DNA of 64,000 bases from Occultella glacieicola (GCF_004353825.1 NZ_SMNA01000001.1:62001-126000), one strand, 5' to 3'. Positions 17,429-27,462 are shown, numbered from the stretch's first letter. Translations and numbers: made by a program. Notes: generated by a model from the sequence alone, not told the origin.

Positions 17429-17986
17429 ATGCCCGAGACCACGCGCACACCGGCCCTCGAAGTCCTCCCCTGGAACCGGTTCGGCGAGGCCACGCGCGAA
17501 CTGGCGCGCGACGTGGTCGCGAGCGGCTGGATGCCGGACCTCGTGATCGGGATCGCACGCGGCGGCCTGGTGCCGGCCGGTGCCATCGCGTACGCGCTCG
17601 GGGTGAAGGCGATGGGCACGATGAACGTCGAGTTCTACACGGACGTCGCCGAGACGCTGCCCGACCCGGTGGTGCTGCCCCCGCTGCTGGACACCACCGT
17701 GCTCGCGGACGCCAAGGTCCTCGTGGTCGACGACGTCGCGGACTCCGGGCGCACCCTGCAGGTGGTCATGGACCTGCTGCAGCGTGGGCTGCCGATCGAC
17801 CTCGACGGCGACGGTCGGATCGAGGCCGGTGAGCACCTGCCGGTCGAGGCCCGCAGCGCCGTGCTCTACACGAAGCCGCGGTCGGTGATCGAACCGGACT
17901 ACACCTGGCGCCGGACCGACCGTTGGATCTCGTTCCCGTGGTCCGCGCAGCCGCCGGTCACCGGCGCCACCGGCGAGAACGGCTGA
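17429..17986 (+). CDS. Type I phosphoribosyltransferase (purine PRT-like)
   Basis: IGIARGGLVPA, PRPP-binding VLVVDDVADSGRT, C-terminal WISFPW. Confidence 0.88.
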   Translation: MPETTRTPALEVLPWNRFGEATRELARDVVASGWMPDLVIGIARGGLVPAGAIAYALGVKAMGTMNVEFYTDVAETLPDPVVLPPLLDTTVLADAKVLVVDDVADSGRTLQVVMDLLQRGLPIDLDGDGRIEAGEHLPVEARSAVLYTKPRSVIEPDYTWRRTDRWISFPWSAQPPVTGATGENG

Positions 17987-17994
17987 ACGACCCG

Positions 17995-18894
17995 GTGCCC
18001 GACATTCCCCGGGCCGAGGTCGAGGTCACGACGGACCTTGCCCGGCGGCTCCTGACCGACCAGTTCCCCGAACTGGCGACCACGTTGCTGCGCACGGTCG
18101 CGAACGGCTGGGACAACGTGATGATCCGCGCGGGTGAGCACTTCGTGATTCGCCTGCCCCGGCGACAGGCGGCGGCCGACCTCGTCCGCCACGAGCAACT
18201 GGCACTGCCGACGATCCGCGACCTGGTCCGGGTCACGGTGCCGACGCCGCGGCTCTCCGGTGAACCGACCGACTACTACCCGTGGCACTGGTCGGTGCTG
18301 CGCTGGCTGCCCGGGCACCCGGCCACCGGCCAGGCCGTGGCGGCGCGCCGGTACTGGGCCGGCGTGCTCGGCGACTTCCTCGCCGACCTGCACGTGCCCG
18401 CACCGGACTGGGCGCCGCTCAACCCGGTGCGGGGCGTGCCCCTGGCCACGCGGGAGGCGGCGGTCACCCGGCGGCTGCGCTCCGGGCACGTTCCCCGCGG
18501 CGAGGAGCTGCTGGCGCTGTGGCGCCGGCTCCTGCCGGCCCCGGTGCACACCGGACCGCCCGTGTGGGTGCACGGCGACCTGCACCCGCTGAACCTGCTC
18601 GTCGACCGCGGTCGGCTGAGTGCCGTCGTCGACTTCGGCGACGTCACCGCCGGTGACCCGGCCACCGATCTGGCGACGGCGTGGCTCACCTTCGACGCGC
18701 CCGGTCGGGCCGAGTTCGTGGTGCGGTACGCGCAGCGCACCGGTGTCGGCGACGCTGTCTGGGCGCGGGCCCGCGGCTGGGCGCTGGTCCTCGCCTCGGC
18801 GATCGCGGAGGCCTCCGACGACCACCCCGAGCTCGCCTCGATCGGTGCGCACGGGATCGCCGAGCTCCTCGACGCCCCGGACGCCCATCTCTAG
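17995..18894 (+). CDS. Aminoglycoside phosphotransferase (APH/choline kinase) family protein
   Basis: GWDN, RLPRR, HGDLHPLN, VDFGD and GDPATDLA motifs. Confidence 0.85.
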   Translation: MPDIPRAEVEVTTDLARRLLTDQFPELATTLLRTVANGWDNVMIRAGEHFVIRLPRRQAAADLVRHEQLALPTIRDLVRVTVPTPRLSGEPTDYYPWHWSVLRWLPGHPATGQAVAARRYWAGVLGDFLADLHVPAPDWAPLNPVRGVPLATREAAVTRRLRSGHVPRGEELLALWRRLLPAPVHTGPPVWVHGDLHPLNLLVDRGRLSAVVDFGDVTAGDPATDLATAWLTFDAPGRAEFVVRYAQRTGVGDAVWARARGWALVLASAIAEASDDHPELASIGAHGIAELLDAPDAHL

Positions 18895-19107
18895 GGCGCC
18901 GAATCGGAGGTCGCCCACACGTTCCGGGCGCTGACCTTCGCTGTTATGGGTGGCCGTGGGAGTGGTGACGCCACGACACTGCCGCTCGTCACGGGTGTTC
19001 GTCGCGATGGGGTCCACCGGTGGCGCACCCTCGTGACCGGCCGGGCCGGGTCACCGGTACCTGACCCACACCGTGCTGACCCGAGCACGAGCGGCTAGCC
19101 TCGTCGG

Positions 19108-19533
19108 GTGTTCTGGAGGAAGAAGCGCCGCGACTCCGCGCCGAGTGTCGACGAGTACCTGCGCGACGTGAACGGACCCCCGACCGCGGTGACGGGCGCA
19201 CCCGGCCAGGCTCCGCCGTCGGAGTTCGGCCCGCCGGTGCCACCCGCCGCCTCGGTGCCTGCGGGCGGGTTCAGCCTGGTGGTGGTGGACGTCTTCCGCA
19301 TCACCGGCCGCGGCACGGTCGTGACCGGCGTCCTCGCCGACGGCGTGGCCCGGGTCGGGCAACAGGTCGCGATCGTCCGCGACGGCGCGCACGTCGCCTC
19401 GAGTGAGCTCGGCGGGATCGAGGCGTTCCGGCGGGTACGCGAGGAAGCGGCCCCGGGCGAGAACGTCGGACTGCTCCTGCGGGGGCTGTCCAAGGATCGG
19501 GTCAAGCGCGGTGACATCGTGGCCGGACGCTGA
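19108..19533 (+). CDS. Stand-alone EF-Tu domain II-like beta-barrel protein
   Basis: 'DVFRITGRGTVVTG...GIEAFRR...AAPGENVGLLLRG...VKRGDIV' with no GTPase domain; TAGCCT-N6-GTG. Confidence 0.75.
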   Translation: MFWRKKRRDSAPSVDEYLRDVNGPPTAVTGAPGQAPPSEFGPPVPPAASVPAGGFSLVVVDVFRITGRGTVVTGVLADGVARVGQQVAIVRDGAHVASSELGGIEAFRRVREEAAPGENVGLLLRGLSKDRVKRGDIVAGR

Positions 19534-19544
19534 GCGAGAGTCGT

Positions 19545-20297
19545 TCAGCGTCGGACCGACAGCGGCTGGCGGCCGAGCCAGTCCCCGAACGACGACCCGC
19601 CGAGCAGGGCGCCGGGCCCTGGCAGATCGGCGACGGTGGCGAACGCGCGGGCCCGGCCGAGCCCGGGCATCCGAAGGAACCGGTGCGCCCGTCCGTCGTG
19701 GGCGAGCACGGCGTCCGCGAGCTGATCCGTGGTCAGCATCTCCGGGCCGGCGAGGTCCGGCGCATGCACGCAACCGTCCGGGCGCTCGCCGACGGCGTGG
19801 GACACCAGTTCGCTCGCGACCCAGGCGGGGTCGACGGGCCGGGCCGGCTCGCGGGAGACGCCGCGGCGCGCGCCGACCATGGCCCGGGCGAGGAACGCCG
19901 CCGAGGGGTGGAACCGGGTGGACCGGACGATGGTGGCGGGCAGGTCGCTGTCCTCGATCATGGTCTCGACCGCCCGTTTCGTGCGGGCGTACGGCGCCTT
20001 GCTGGCCGCACACCCCACGAGCGAGACGTACACGAGGTGCGCCGGCACGATCATCGTCGCGATCGCGGCGAGCAACTGGACGGTGCCGTCCACGTCGACC
20101 AGCCGGGAGCGCCGCGGATTCGCGGCCGCGTGGACCACGGCGTCGGCACCGGCCAGGACGGCACCGAGCCCCTCCCCGGTGGACAGGTCCACGCCCCAAC
20201 GACGGCTCGCGGGCACCACCTGATGGCCGAGTTCGCGGGCCCGGTGGACGACCTGGGTTCCGAGCACCCCCGAACCCCCCGTGACGACGATCCGCAT
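19545..20297 (-). CDS. Atypical SDR / NAD(P)H-binding protein
   Basis: VTGGSGVLG, YARTK, RSTRFH, GPE motifs. Confidence 0.8.
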   Translation of the reverse strand: MRIVVTGGSGVLGTQVVHRARELGHQVVPASRRWGVDLSTGEGLGAVLAGADAVVHAAANPRRSRLVDVDGTVQLLAAIATMIVPAHLVYVSLVGCAASKAPYARTKRAVETMIEDSDLPATIVRSTRFHPSAAFLARAMVGARRGVSREPARPVDPAWVASELVSHAVGERPDGCVHAPDLAGPEMLTTDQLADAVLAHDGRAHRFLRMPGLGRARAFATVADLPGPGALLGGSSFGDWLGRQPLSVRR

Positions 20298-20388
20298 TGC
20301 TGCCCTCCCTGGTCGCCTCCCACCATCATGGGCTCGTCAGGGGCTGCCCGCCACCGCACACGCGGCAGGGCGAGGTCACAGTCCGATG

Positions 20389-21930
20389 TCAGATCCGGGT
20401 GCCTCGCGCCCGGGCCTGGACCTTGCGCTGCCAGCGGTCGGCGTTGCGCCCGAGCGGGGTCCCGATGAACTCGCCGAGGGTGACGCCGGCCGCGAGCGCG
20501 AGACCGATCGACAGCGCCGCGATCAGCCGCACCCCGCCGGCGATGACGTCACCGGAGTCGACGAACTCGAACATGGCGGCGTAGATCGCGAGCCCGGGTA
20601 GCAACGGGGTGATGCCGCACACGGCGATCACCATCGAGGGCGTCCGCATGCCGCGCTGCACCAGGGCGGACAGCAGGCCGACCACGAGCGCCGCGCCGAA
20701 GGAGCTGCCGGCGGGGCCCATGCCGAGGGCGAGGAACCCCGCGTAGGACGCCGACGCGAGCGCGCCGACGCCCATCACGACCGGCACCGTCCGCATCCGC
20801 GTGTACGACGCGACCGCCCAGGAGCCCGCGATCACCGCGCCGCACCCGATCTGCAGGGGCAGCGCGGTCGCGAAGCCGGTCAGGTCGTTGATGCTCAGGG
20901 GCACCCCGAAGCGCCGGCCCACGTCCAGGACGAAGCCGATGCCGACCACGATCCCCACCGTGTACAGGACCACCTCATAGGAACGCGCCGCCGAGGTGAG
21001 CGGGAACCCGGAGATCGCGTCCTGGGCGGCGCCCACGAGGGAGAGGCCGGCCAGCAGCACGACGATGCCGGACGCCACCACCAGGGAGGGCGGCAGGAAC
21101 TCGTCCGAGATGTCGAGGTAGGGCTTGATCCACAGGAGCAGCAACGCCACCATCGTGGCGATCCCCGCCCCGAGCGCCTGCTGGAACAGGTACGGGAGAC
21201 CGTGGTTGCGCAGGAAGCGCAGCGACCGGTCGATGACCATCGTGGTCACGGCCGCGACCGCGGCCACCGGCAGGCCACCGCCCAGCAGCACGGCCACCCC
21301 CGCCGCCATCGTGCCGAGGGCACCGGTGACCACCCACCGTCGGTACGGGTGCGGCGCGGTGAGGATCCGGTTCATCCGCTCGTGCGCGGCCTCGACCGAC
21401 AGGTTGCCGGCGTCCGCGGAGTCCACCAGGTGGGTCACCTCGGTGAGACGGCTGTAGTCCGAGGTGCGCACGTTGATCACCCGGACCTTCGTGACCGGGT
21501 CGTCGTCGCGGTCGATCGAGGCGGTGATGGAGATGAACGTGATGTCCACCTGGCAGTTCGTCACACCGTACGCCGCGGCCAACCGGAGCATCACCGCCGT
21601 CGTGTCCGCGACCGGCGCGCCAGTGGCGACCATCACCTCACCGGTGCGCAGCACCAGATCGAGCACCGACCTCTCGACCTCCGCGGCCAGGCCGGAATCC
21701 TTGCGGACCGCCGCGAACGCGGTGGTGGGCGGGCCGTCGCCGGCCATGACCCACCGGGCCCGCTCGCGCAGCCGTCGCTGCGGCGCGCTCGACAGGGTGG
21801 GGGTGCGCGCCGACCGACGCACCGGCCCCGACCCGGGCCCGGTCTGCGGTGGGATGGGCCCGGTCACCGGCTCGCCGAGCGTCCCGGTGGGCGTCGCGTG
21901 CGGGTCGTGCGATGAGGTCTGATCGGCCAC
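20389..21930 (-). CDS. Threonine/serine exporter (ThrE) family membrane protein
   Basis: 'DYSRLTEV', 'ASGIVVLLAGLSLVGAAQDAISGF', 'PLLPGLAIY'; about ten TM segments; TACCGT-N7-GTG start. Confidence 0.85.
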   Translation of the reverse strand: MADQTSSHDPHATPTGTLGEPVTGPIPPQTGPGSGPVRRSARTPTLSSAPQRRLRERARWVMAGDGPPTTAFAAVRKDSGLAAEVERSVLDLVLRTGEVMVATGAPVADTTAVMLRLAAAYGVTNCQVDITFISITASIDRDDDPVTKVRVINVRTSDYSRLTEVTHLVDSADAGNLSVEAAHERMNRILTAPHPYRRWVVTGALGTMAAGVAVLLGGGLPVAAVAAVTTMVIDRSLRFLRNHGLPYLFQQALGAGIATMVALLLLWIKPYLDISDEFLPPSLVVASGIVVLLAGLSLVGAAQDAISGFPLTSAARSYEVVLYTVGIVVGIGFVLDVGRRFGVPLSINDLTGFATALPLQIGCGAVIAGSWAVASYTRMRTVPVVMGVGALASASYAGFLALGMGPAGSSFGAALVVGLLSALVQRGMRTPSMVIAVCGITPLLPGLAIYAAMFEFVDSGDVIAGGVRLIAALSIGLALAAGVTLGEFIGTPLGRNADRWQRKVQARARGTRI

Positions 21931-22035
21931 GTGGTCGACGGTACGCGATGGGGACTCCTCCCCGGCGGGAGGCTCGACAGATCCGGCCGCTGCTGGTTGC
22001 CTGTCCGAGTTGGTGCCGACGACGAAGGAGTCCAC

Positions 22036-22479
22036 GTGAGTGACCCGACAGGTTCCGTACCGCCCGGGGACTGGCGCCCCGGCGACCCACCGCCCGGTGC
22101 CGGCTCGCCCTACGCCCCGGCCGCGTCCCCGTACGCTCCGGCGTCCCTCGGCGGCCCGGCGTCCACCACGTCCAACCCGGCGGGGCGGACCGCCCTCGGG
22201 CTCGGGATCGTCGCGCTGGTGTGCTGGGTCGGCTTCGACGTCGCGGAGAACATCGCCTTCACCACCGGCTCCTACAGCCGGACCGTGTTCCAGCTCTTGC
22301 GCGCGGGCGGCTGGGTCAGCCTGATCCTCGCTCTGGCCGCGCTGGGCACCGGGATCTACGCACTGCGCCGGACCGGCCCCCGGGGTGCGGCGGGCGTCGG
22401 TGCCGGGATCGGGCTGACCCTCGTGGTGCTGTGGCTGTTCTCGCGGCTGATCACCTCGCTGGCGCTGTCCTTGTGGTGA
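22036..22479 (+). CDS. Hypothetical membrane protein (Pro-rich N-terminus, 3 TM), paralog 1
   Basis: AAGGAG RBS before the GTG; hydrophobic segments; similar to the next gene. Confidence 0.7.
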   Translation: MSDPTGSVPPGDWRPGDPPPGAGSPYAPAASPYAPASLGGPASTTSNPAGRTALGLGIVALVCWVGFDVAENIAFTTGSYSRTVFQLLRAGGWVSLILALAALGTGIYALRRTGPRGAAGVGAGIGLTLVVLWLFSRLITSLALSLW

Positions 22480-22564
22480 GCCTGACCCGCGTTCCCCGCA
22501 TGACACGCCGCGGCCGACCGCGTCGTCCGATCCGTCGGCCCCTCCACGACGAAGGAAACCGCAC

Positions 22565-22981
22565 ATGAGCACGAACCCGCCCGTCCCTCCGCCGCCCGGG
22601 AACTGGCGCCCCGGCGACTACCCGGCCGCGGGGTCGCCGTACGCCCCGGACTCGATCCTGAACCCGGCCTCGACGACGAACCCGCCGGGCCGGATCTCGC
22701 TGATCCTCGGGGTGGTGGCCGTCGTCCTCTCAGTCGTCGGGACGATCGTCCAGGCGGTCCTGATCCGTCAGGGCTGGAGCCCGGGCACCGTCGGCCTCGG
22801 AGGTGGTGTCCCGAGCCTCGTGGGCGGGGCAGCCGCCATCGGCGCCGTGGTCACCGGGATCATCGGCCTGCGCAACCCCGGCCCCAAGGGAGCGGCCGGC
22901 GCCGGCACGGGGATCGGCGCGAGCTACCTGGTCGGCACCCTGTCGACGACGCTGGTCTGGGGCCTCGGCAGCTTCTTCTGA
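22565..22981 (+). CDS. Hypothetical membrane protein (Pro-rich N-terminus, 3 TM), paralog 2
   Basis: AAGGA RBS; shares WRPGD, GSPYAP, NP.GR, TGI..LR..GP.GAAG.G.GIG with paralog 1. Confidence 0.7.
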   Translation: MSTNPPVPPPPGNWRPGDYPAAGSPYAPDSILNPASTTNPPGRISLILGVVAVVLSVVGTIVQAVLIRQGWSPGTVGLGGGVPSLVGGAAAIGAVVTGIIGLRNPGPKGAAGAGTGIGASYLVGTLSTTLVWGLGSFF

Positions 22982-22994
22982 GCGGCGCCCCGGC

Positions 22995-23960
22995 TCAGTG
23001 GTGGCGTGCGAACCGGTACATCTCGGCCCGTTGGTGGGCCTGACCGCCCTCGTGCCCGCTGTAGGCCCAGACGACCATCTCCTTGTCCTGCGCCCCGTAG
23101 TGGTTGTAGGCCGCGAAGACGGTCGACGGCGGACAGGTCGCGTCCATGAGCCCGACCGAGAACAGCGCGGGCGAGTTCGCGCGCGCGGCCAGGTTGACGC
23201 CGTCGAAGTAGCTCAGCGTGTGGAACACCTGCTCGACGTCGGTCCGGTGGGTCTGCAGGTAGGAGGTGATCTCCGAGTACGGCGAGGCGTCGGTGATCTC
23301 GGTGGCGCGGCGGATGTGGCACAGGAACGGCACGTTGATCATGACCCCGGCCAGCCCGGGCTGGAGCCCTGCGACGGCGAGCGCGACGCCGCCGCCCTGG
23401 CTGCCGCCGGCCACGAAGACCCGGTGCGGGTCGACGCGGGGATGGGCGCGCATGACGTCCACCGCGCGCACGGCGTCGGTGTAGAGCCGGCGGTAGTAAT
23501 AGGTGGCCGGGTCGTTGATGCCACGGGTCAGGAACCCGCCCACCTGCGGGGAGCCGACCGGGTCGGGGTCCGCCGTGGCGCCGACCAGCCCGGACTTGCT
23601 GCCCTGGCCGCGCACGTCCATGACCAGGTTGGCGTAGCCGGCGGCGCTCCAGGCGAGCCAGTCGTGGGGCAGGCTCCGTCCGCCGTTGTAGCCGATGTGG
23701 TCGATGACGCACGGCAGCGGGCCGTCGGTGTGGCGCGGGATCAACAGCCAGCCCTTGACCGGTTGGCCCGCATATCCGCTGAAGGTGACGTCGAAGACGT
23801 CCACGGTGACCAGGTCGGAGTCGAGGCGCACGAAGGCCGGCTCGGTCGCAGCGTCCCGGGCCTGCGTCAGGGTCGCGTCCCAGAACGAGTCGAAGTCGCC
23901 GGGTTCCGTGCGGTCGGGCCGGTAGTCACGGAGGCGGTCCAGCGGCATGTCGACGAGCAC
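22995..23960 (-). CDS. Acetyl xylan esterase / cephalosporin-C deacetylase (CE7)
   Basis: PGDFDSFW, DVRGQG, GGSQGGG nucleophile, D..CPPSTVFAAYN, GHEGG. Confidence 0.9.
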   Translation of the reverse strand: MLVDMPLDRLRDYRPDRTEPGDFDSFWDATLTQARDAATEPAFVRLDSDLVTVDVFDVTFSGYAGQPVKGWLLIPRHTDGPLPCVIDHIGYNGGRSLPHDWLAWSAAGYANLVMDVRGQGSKSGLVGATADPDPVGSPQVGGFLTRGINDPATYYYRRLYTDAVRAVDVMRAHPRVDPHRVFVAGGSQGGGVALAVAGLQPGLAGVMINVPFLCHIRRATEITDASPYSEITSYLQTHRTDVEQVFHTLSYFDGVNLAARANSPALFSVGLMDATCPPSTVFAAYNHYGAQDKEMVVWAYSGHEGGQAHQRAEMYRFARHH

Positions 23961-24053
23961 AGGGTCTCCTTCGTGGGGTGGTGAAGAGAGGATGTCAGGC
24001 CGGCACGCGACGGGTGGGGCAACCCTTCGGCCGCCCCACCCGTCGCGCTCGTC

Positions 24054-27000
24054 CTACGGGTCGAGCCTGGTGCTCGGGAACAGGGCCGGGTTCTTGCCCG
24101 TCCCGATCCCGGAGCCCCATTCCAGCCAGCCGCGGCGAATGGCACCGTCGTTCTCGTTGACGAGGAACGACAGGGCCAGCAGCCGGTCGGCCGGGTCGAA
24201 CGGCGCCAGTTCGCTCCACGGCATCGCCATCTCGTAGACCGTGGTCTGGGTGGCCTCGTCCCGGGCGACCGCGAGGTCGACGGCGTCGACCGGCCCGTTG
24301 GGCAGGATCCCGCCGCCCCCGTTCCACCGGAACACCTGCGGGCCCTGCGCGGTGAGCGCCAGACCGTACTCGTAGTAGCCGGTGAGGTTCTCCCCGGGGG
24401 CGCCGGCGACGGCGCCGAACTGGATGCTGTCACCGGTCCAGATGGTGTCGTTCAGACCCGGCTGGGCGTGCACGTTGTCGGTGATCGCCGCCGTCAGGTA
24501 GAGGTTCTCCTCGTCCCAGGTCCACCAGACGTCGCCGCCGAGATCCGCGGCGCCGCCCCAGTCGGGGATCTGCCGAACCTGCCCGTCCGCGTCCAGATCG
24601 ATCGGGGTGATCCCGCTCAGGTCGTCGGGGACGCCGTCGACGGTGATCGCCTGCTGGTGCAGCGCGGTCACCGCAGCGGGGTCCACCAGGACCAGTGACC
24701 CGCTCTCGGTGAGCGCGTCCGCGTCCGGCATGGCCAGGTTCACCGACCACGGGTGGGTGCCCGGCGAGGTGAGCCCGGTGGTCGGGATGTCGATCGTGAC
24801 GGTCTGCCCGGCGGGCAGGGTCCCGATCGTCTCCGTGCCACTGCCGGCACCGAGCTGCCAGGCGAGGTCCCCCACCGGCTGGTCGGTGGCGACCTCGTTC
24901 GTGACCGACACCGTCAGCACGTCCGCGTCCTCACGCAGCGTGTGTGCGGCGCTCACGGTGACCGGCGTGGAGAGCACGTCGATCTCGGCGGTCAGCCGGG
25001 CGACCGGCGATCCGTTGTTCGTGACCAGGGCCACCAGGCCGCGCGTGCCGAGCAGGCCGGTGTCCCGGATGCTGATCGGGATCTGTACCGTGGCCTGCCC
25101 CGAGGCGACCTGGACCGGGACGGTGCGCTCGTTCACGGTGACGGCCAGGTTCATTCGCGGGCCGCCGACCTTGTCCACGTCCAGGGTCAGCTGGATGGTG
25201 TCGCCGGCGAGGGTCGGGCCGGCCGCGGTCAGGCTGAACCGGCCGCCGTCGGTCACGTCGGAGGCGTCCGCCGAGCCGATCACGTACACGGGGTCCCCGG
25301 TGAGCGTCAGTTCCACACTGTGCAGGTAGGGCGTGAGGGTGCGTGCCCGGCCGGACATCTCGACGACGGTGACCGGCACCCTGGTCTCGATGGTGACGGT
25401 TCGCGGTCCCGTCGTGGACCACAGGGCCAGCAGGTTGTCCCCGCCGGCCGTGGCGAACTGGTACGCGGTGGCCCCGTCGGCGACCTCCTCGGCGCCTTCG
25501 AACGTCGCACCCGTGAGCAACCTGCTCATCGTCGCGTGCGCGGCGTAGGACGGCTTCGGCGTGAGTGCGCCGAGCGGGTCGGCGGCGTTGCGGAGCAGCC
25601 CGAAGTTGCTCTCGTGGTCGGCCGGGTCGAGGCCATCGTTGTTGAAGTCGTACCAGAAGTTCCGCTCGACCCCCTGGGACAGCCCGATGACGCCCGCACG
25701 TGCGGCGTAGGCCGCCTGGGTGTGTTCGTCGACGCTGCCGGTCCGGCTGGACCAGCCCCACTCCGAGACCCAGATCGGCTTGCTCTCGCCGTTGTTGTAC
25801 TCGCGGACCAGAGCGTCCACGGCCTCGAGGTTCGCGACGGCCGCCTCCGGCGGGTCGCCCGGGTAGTGGACGGACACGACGTCCATGTAGTCGAGTGCCC
25901 CGAGGGCGAACAGGGTCTCCAGCCAGCCGAGGTCGGGCCAGCTCGTGGCCGGCCCGACGACCAGCGTGTCCGGATGCGCCGCCTTCACGGCCTCGTACGT
26001 CGCCTGCAGCAGCGGGAAGTAGTACTCCGGGAGGGAGTTCGCCGGCCCGTCGCCGCGGTCGCCGAAGCCGGCGTTGAACTCGTTGTAGACCTCGACGGCG
26101 GGGGCCGGGTTGCCGAGGTCGACGTACCCGTCGAGCAGCGCGACGCAGTAGTCGGCGAACGCCGCCCGTCCGGCGTCCGTGTACGGGGTGGCGTCGTTGT
26201 CGTACAGCGGGTTCGTGTAGGCGCAGATCGGCATCGGTGCCAGGCCCGCGTCCCGGGCCTCGATGGTCTGTTCCTGCCACGCCGTCGGGTAGGTGTAGAC
26301 ACCCGCGGTGCGCTCCATGGCCGTCCAGGTGAGCGAGGGCCGGTAGTAGGAGTCACCGGCCAGCGCGGCCAGCGGGGCGCTGCCGGGCGGCAACTGGCGG
26401 TGCGAGACCGCCGCGGCGAACGGGGAGTTCGCGGCATCGGGCTGTGGAGCGACGACGGCGAGGGTCGTCTCTGCCGGCAGGGACGCCTGGCCGCTGATCG
26501 TCGCCGTCGCCCGGAGCCGGTAGTAGCCCTCGGGCAGGGTGCCGACCTGGATCGTCCCGGCGCCGTCGGTGTTCGTGGCGACACCCTGGGTGACGTGGTT
26601 GTTGTTGACGTCGTAGACGCGGTAGTCGACCCGGGCGTCCGGGGCCGCGGTGAAGTCGACCTTGGGCGGGGTGCCGGTGACGAAGATGTTGCCTGGCGTC
26701 CGCAGGCTCAGGGCCGGGGCGTCGACGAGCCGTTCGACGGTCACGCTACGGAACGCGATCGCCGACGTGCCGGTGCCGATCCGCAGGTCCGCGCCGTTCT
26801 CACGGTTCGACAGGCGTGCGTCGGTGACCGTGAACTCCTCGGTCCGCCACGTGTTGCTTCCGGTGAGGGCGACCGCGGGCAGTGCGCGCCACGGGTTGGT
26901 CGCCGCGTCGTAGGTCAGGTCCCAGGACCCACCGGAGATCGCCGCGTCGTAGTACTCCACCGTGATCCGGACGGTGTTGGTGCCGCCGTGGATCAGGGCG

Positions 27001-27290
27001 TCGTCGATGTCGTTGTAGATGTAGGTGTTGCCGATCGAGGGGTTGGTCTGCAAGGCGGGCAGTCCACCGACCTCGAGCCAGGTGCCTCGGCCCGCATCGC
27101 CGGTCCGGACGGTGATCCCCTCGTTGACCGGCGGATCGTCGAACGTGACCGACGCGGTGACGACGGCATCATCGGCGGCAGCGGGCACGGCGGGGGCGAC
27201 CAGGACGGCGGCGCCCACGGCGGTGGCGGCCGCGACGGCCAGCGGGCGCCTCACCCCTCGCATCACGCCGGGTGGTCTGGACGGTTTCAT
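24054..27290 (-). CDS. Secreted clan GH-A glycoside hydrolase with accessory beta-domains and a C-terminal CBM9-like domain
   Basis: Signal peptide ending PAAA; VYNEFN acid/base and IWVSEWGW nucleophile motifs; C-terminal 'WDEENLYL...GDSIQF...YEMAMPW...VNENDG'. Confidence 0.75.
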   Translation of the reverse strand: MKPSRPPGVMRGVRRPLAVAAATAVGAAVLVAPAVPAAADDAVVTASVTFDDPPVNEGITVRTGDAGRGTWLEVGGLPALQTNPSIGNTYIYNDIDDALIHGGTNTVRITVEYYDAAISGGSWDLTYDAATNPWRALPAVALTGSNTWRTEEFTVTDARLSNRENGADLRIGTGTSAIAFRSVTVERLVDAPALSLRTPGNIFVTGTPPKVDFTAAPDARVDYRVYDVNNNHVTQGVATNTDGAGTIQVGTLPEGYYRLRATATISGQASLPAETTLAVVAPQPDAANSPFAAAVSHRQLPPGSAPLAALAGDSYYRPSLTWTAMERTAGVYTYPTAWQEQTIEARDAGLAPMPICAYTNPLYDNDATPYTDAGRAAFADYCVALLDGYVDLGNPAPAVEVYNEFNAGFGDRGDGPANSLPEYYFPLLQATYEAVKAAHPDTLVVGPATSWPDLGWLETLFALGALDYMDVVSVHYPGDPPEAAVANLEAVDALVREYNNGESKPIWVSEWGWSSRTGSVDEHTQAAYAARAGVIGLSQGVERNFWYDFNNDGLDPADHESNFGLLRNAADPLGALTPKPSYAAHATMSRLLTGATFEGAEEVADGATAYQFATAGGDNLLALWSTTGPRTVTIETRVPVTVVEMSGRARTLTPYLHSVELTLTGDPVYVIGSADASDVTDGGRFSLTAAGPTLAGDTIQLTLDVDKVGGPRMNLAVTVNERTVPVQVASGQATVQIPISIRDTGLLGTRGLVALVTNNGSPVARLTAEIDVLSTPVTVSAAHTLREDADVLTVSVTNEVATDQPVGDLAWQLGAGSGTETIGTLPAGQTVTIDIPTTGLTSPGTHPWSVNLAMPDADALTESGSLVLVDPAAVTALHQQAITVDGVPDDLSGITPIDLDADGQVRQIPDWGGAADLGGDVWWTWDEENLYLTAAITDNVHAQPGLNDTIWTGDSIQFGAVAGAPGENLTGYYEYGLALTAQGPQVFRWNGGGGILPNGPVDAVDLAVARDEATQTTVYEMAMPWSELAPFDPADRLLALSFLVNENDGAIRRGWLEWGSGIGTGKNPALFPSTRLDP

Positions 27291-27424
27291 GGGGTTGCTC
27301 CTTCGCGAACCTTCGGCTGTCAGGCGGCACCGGCAGGTGCCGGGCCGTGGCCGTGCCGCGACGGTGCCCGAACTGCCGGTGACGCGTGCAACCGAGGGAC
27401 AACGCGGATCGGACGGCGACGCCC

Positions 27425-27453
27425 ATCCTGCCCATGACCGATTAACGTGTCAA
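27425..27453 (-). promoter_or_regulatory. Promoter TTGACA-N17-CAGGAT for the GH gene, with operator TTGACACGTTAA over the -35
   Basis: Read directly on the minus strand; 10/12 match to the palindrome at 28678. Confidence 0.6.
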
Positions 27454-27462
27454 TAGACTCCG

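Noticed and set aside
17995..18894. Aminoglycoside resistance gene
   Set aside because: Only generic APH/choline-kinase family motifs; such proteins are widespread in actinobacteria and there is no evidence of antibiotic specificity.
18895..19100. Possible structured ncRNA in the APH / EF-Tu-domain intergenic region
   Set aside because: Only short GC-rich hairpins expected by chance or acting as terminators; no riboswitch or ncRNA consensus recognised.
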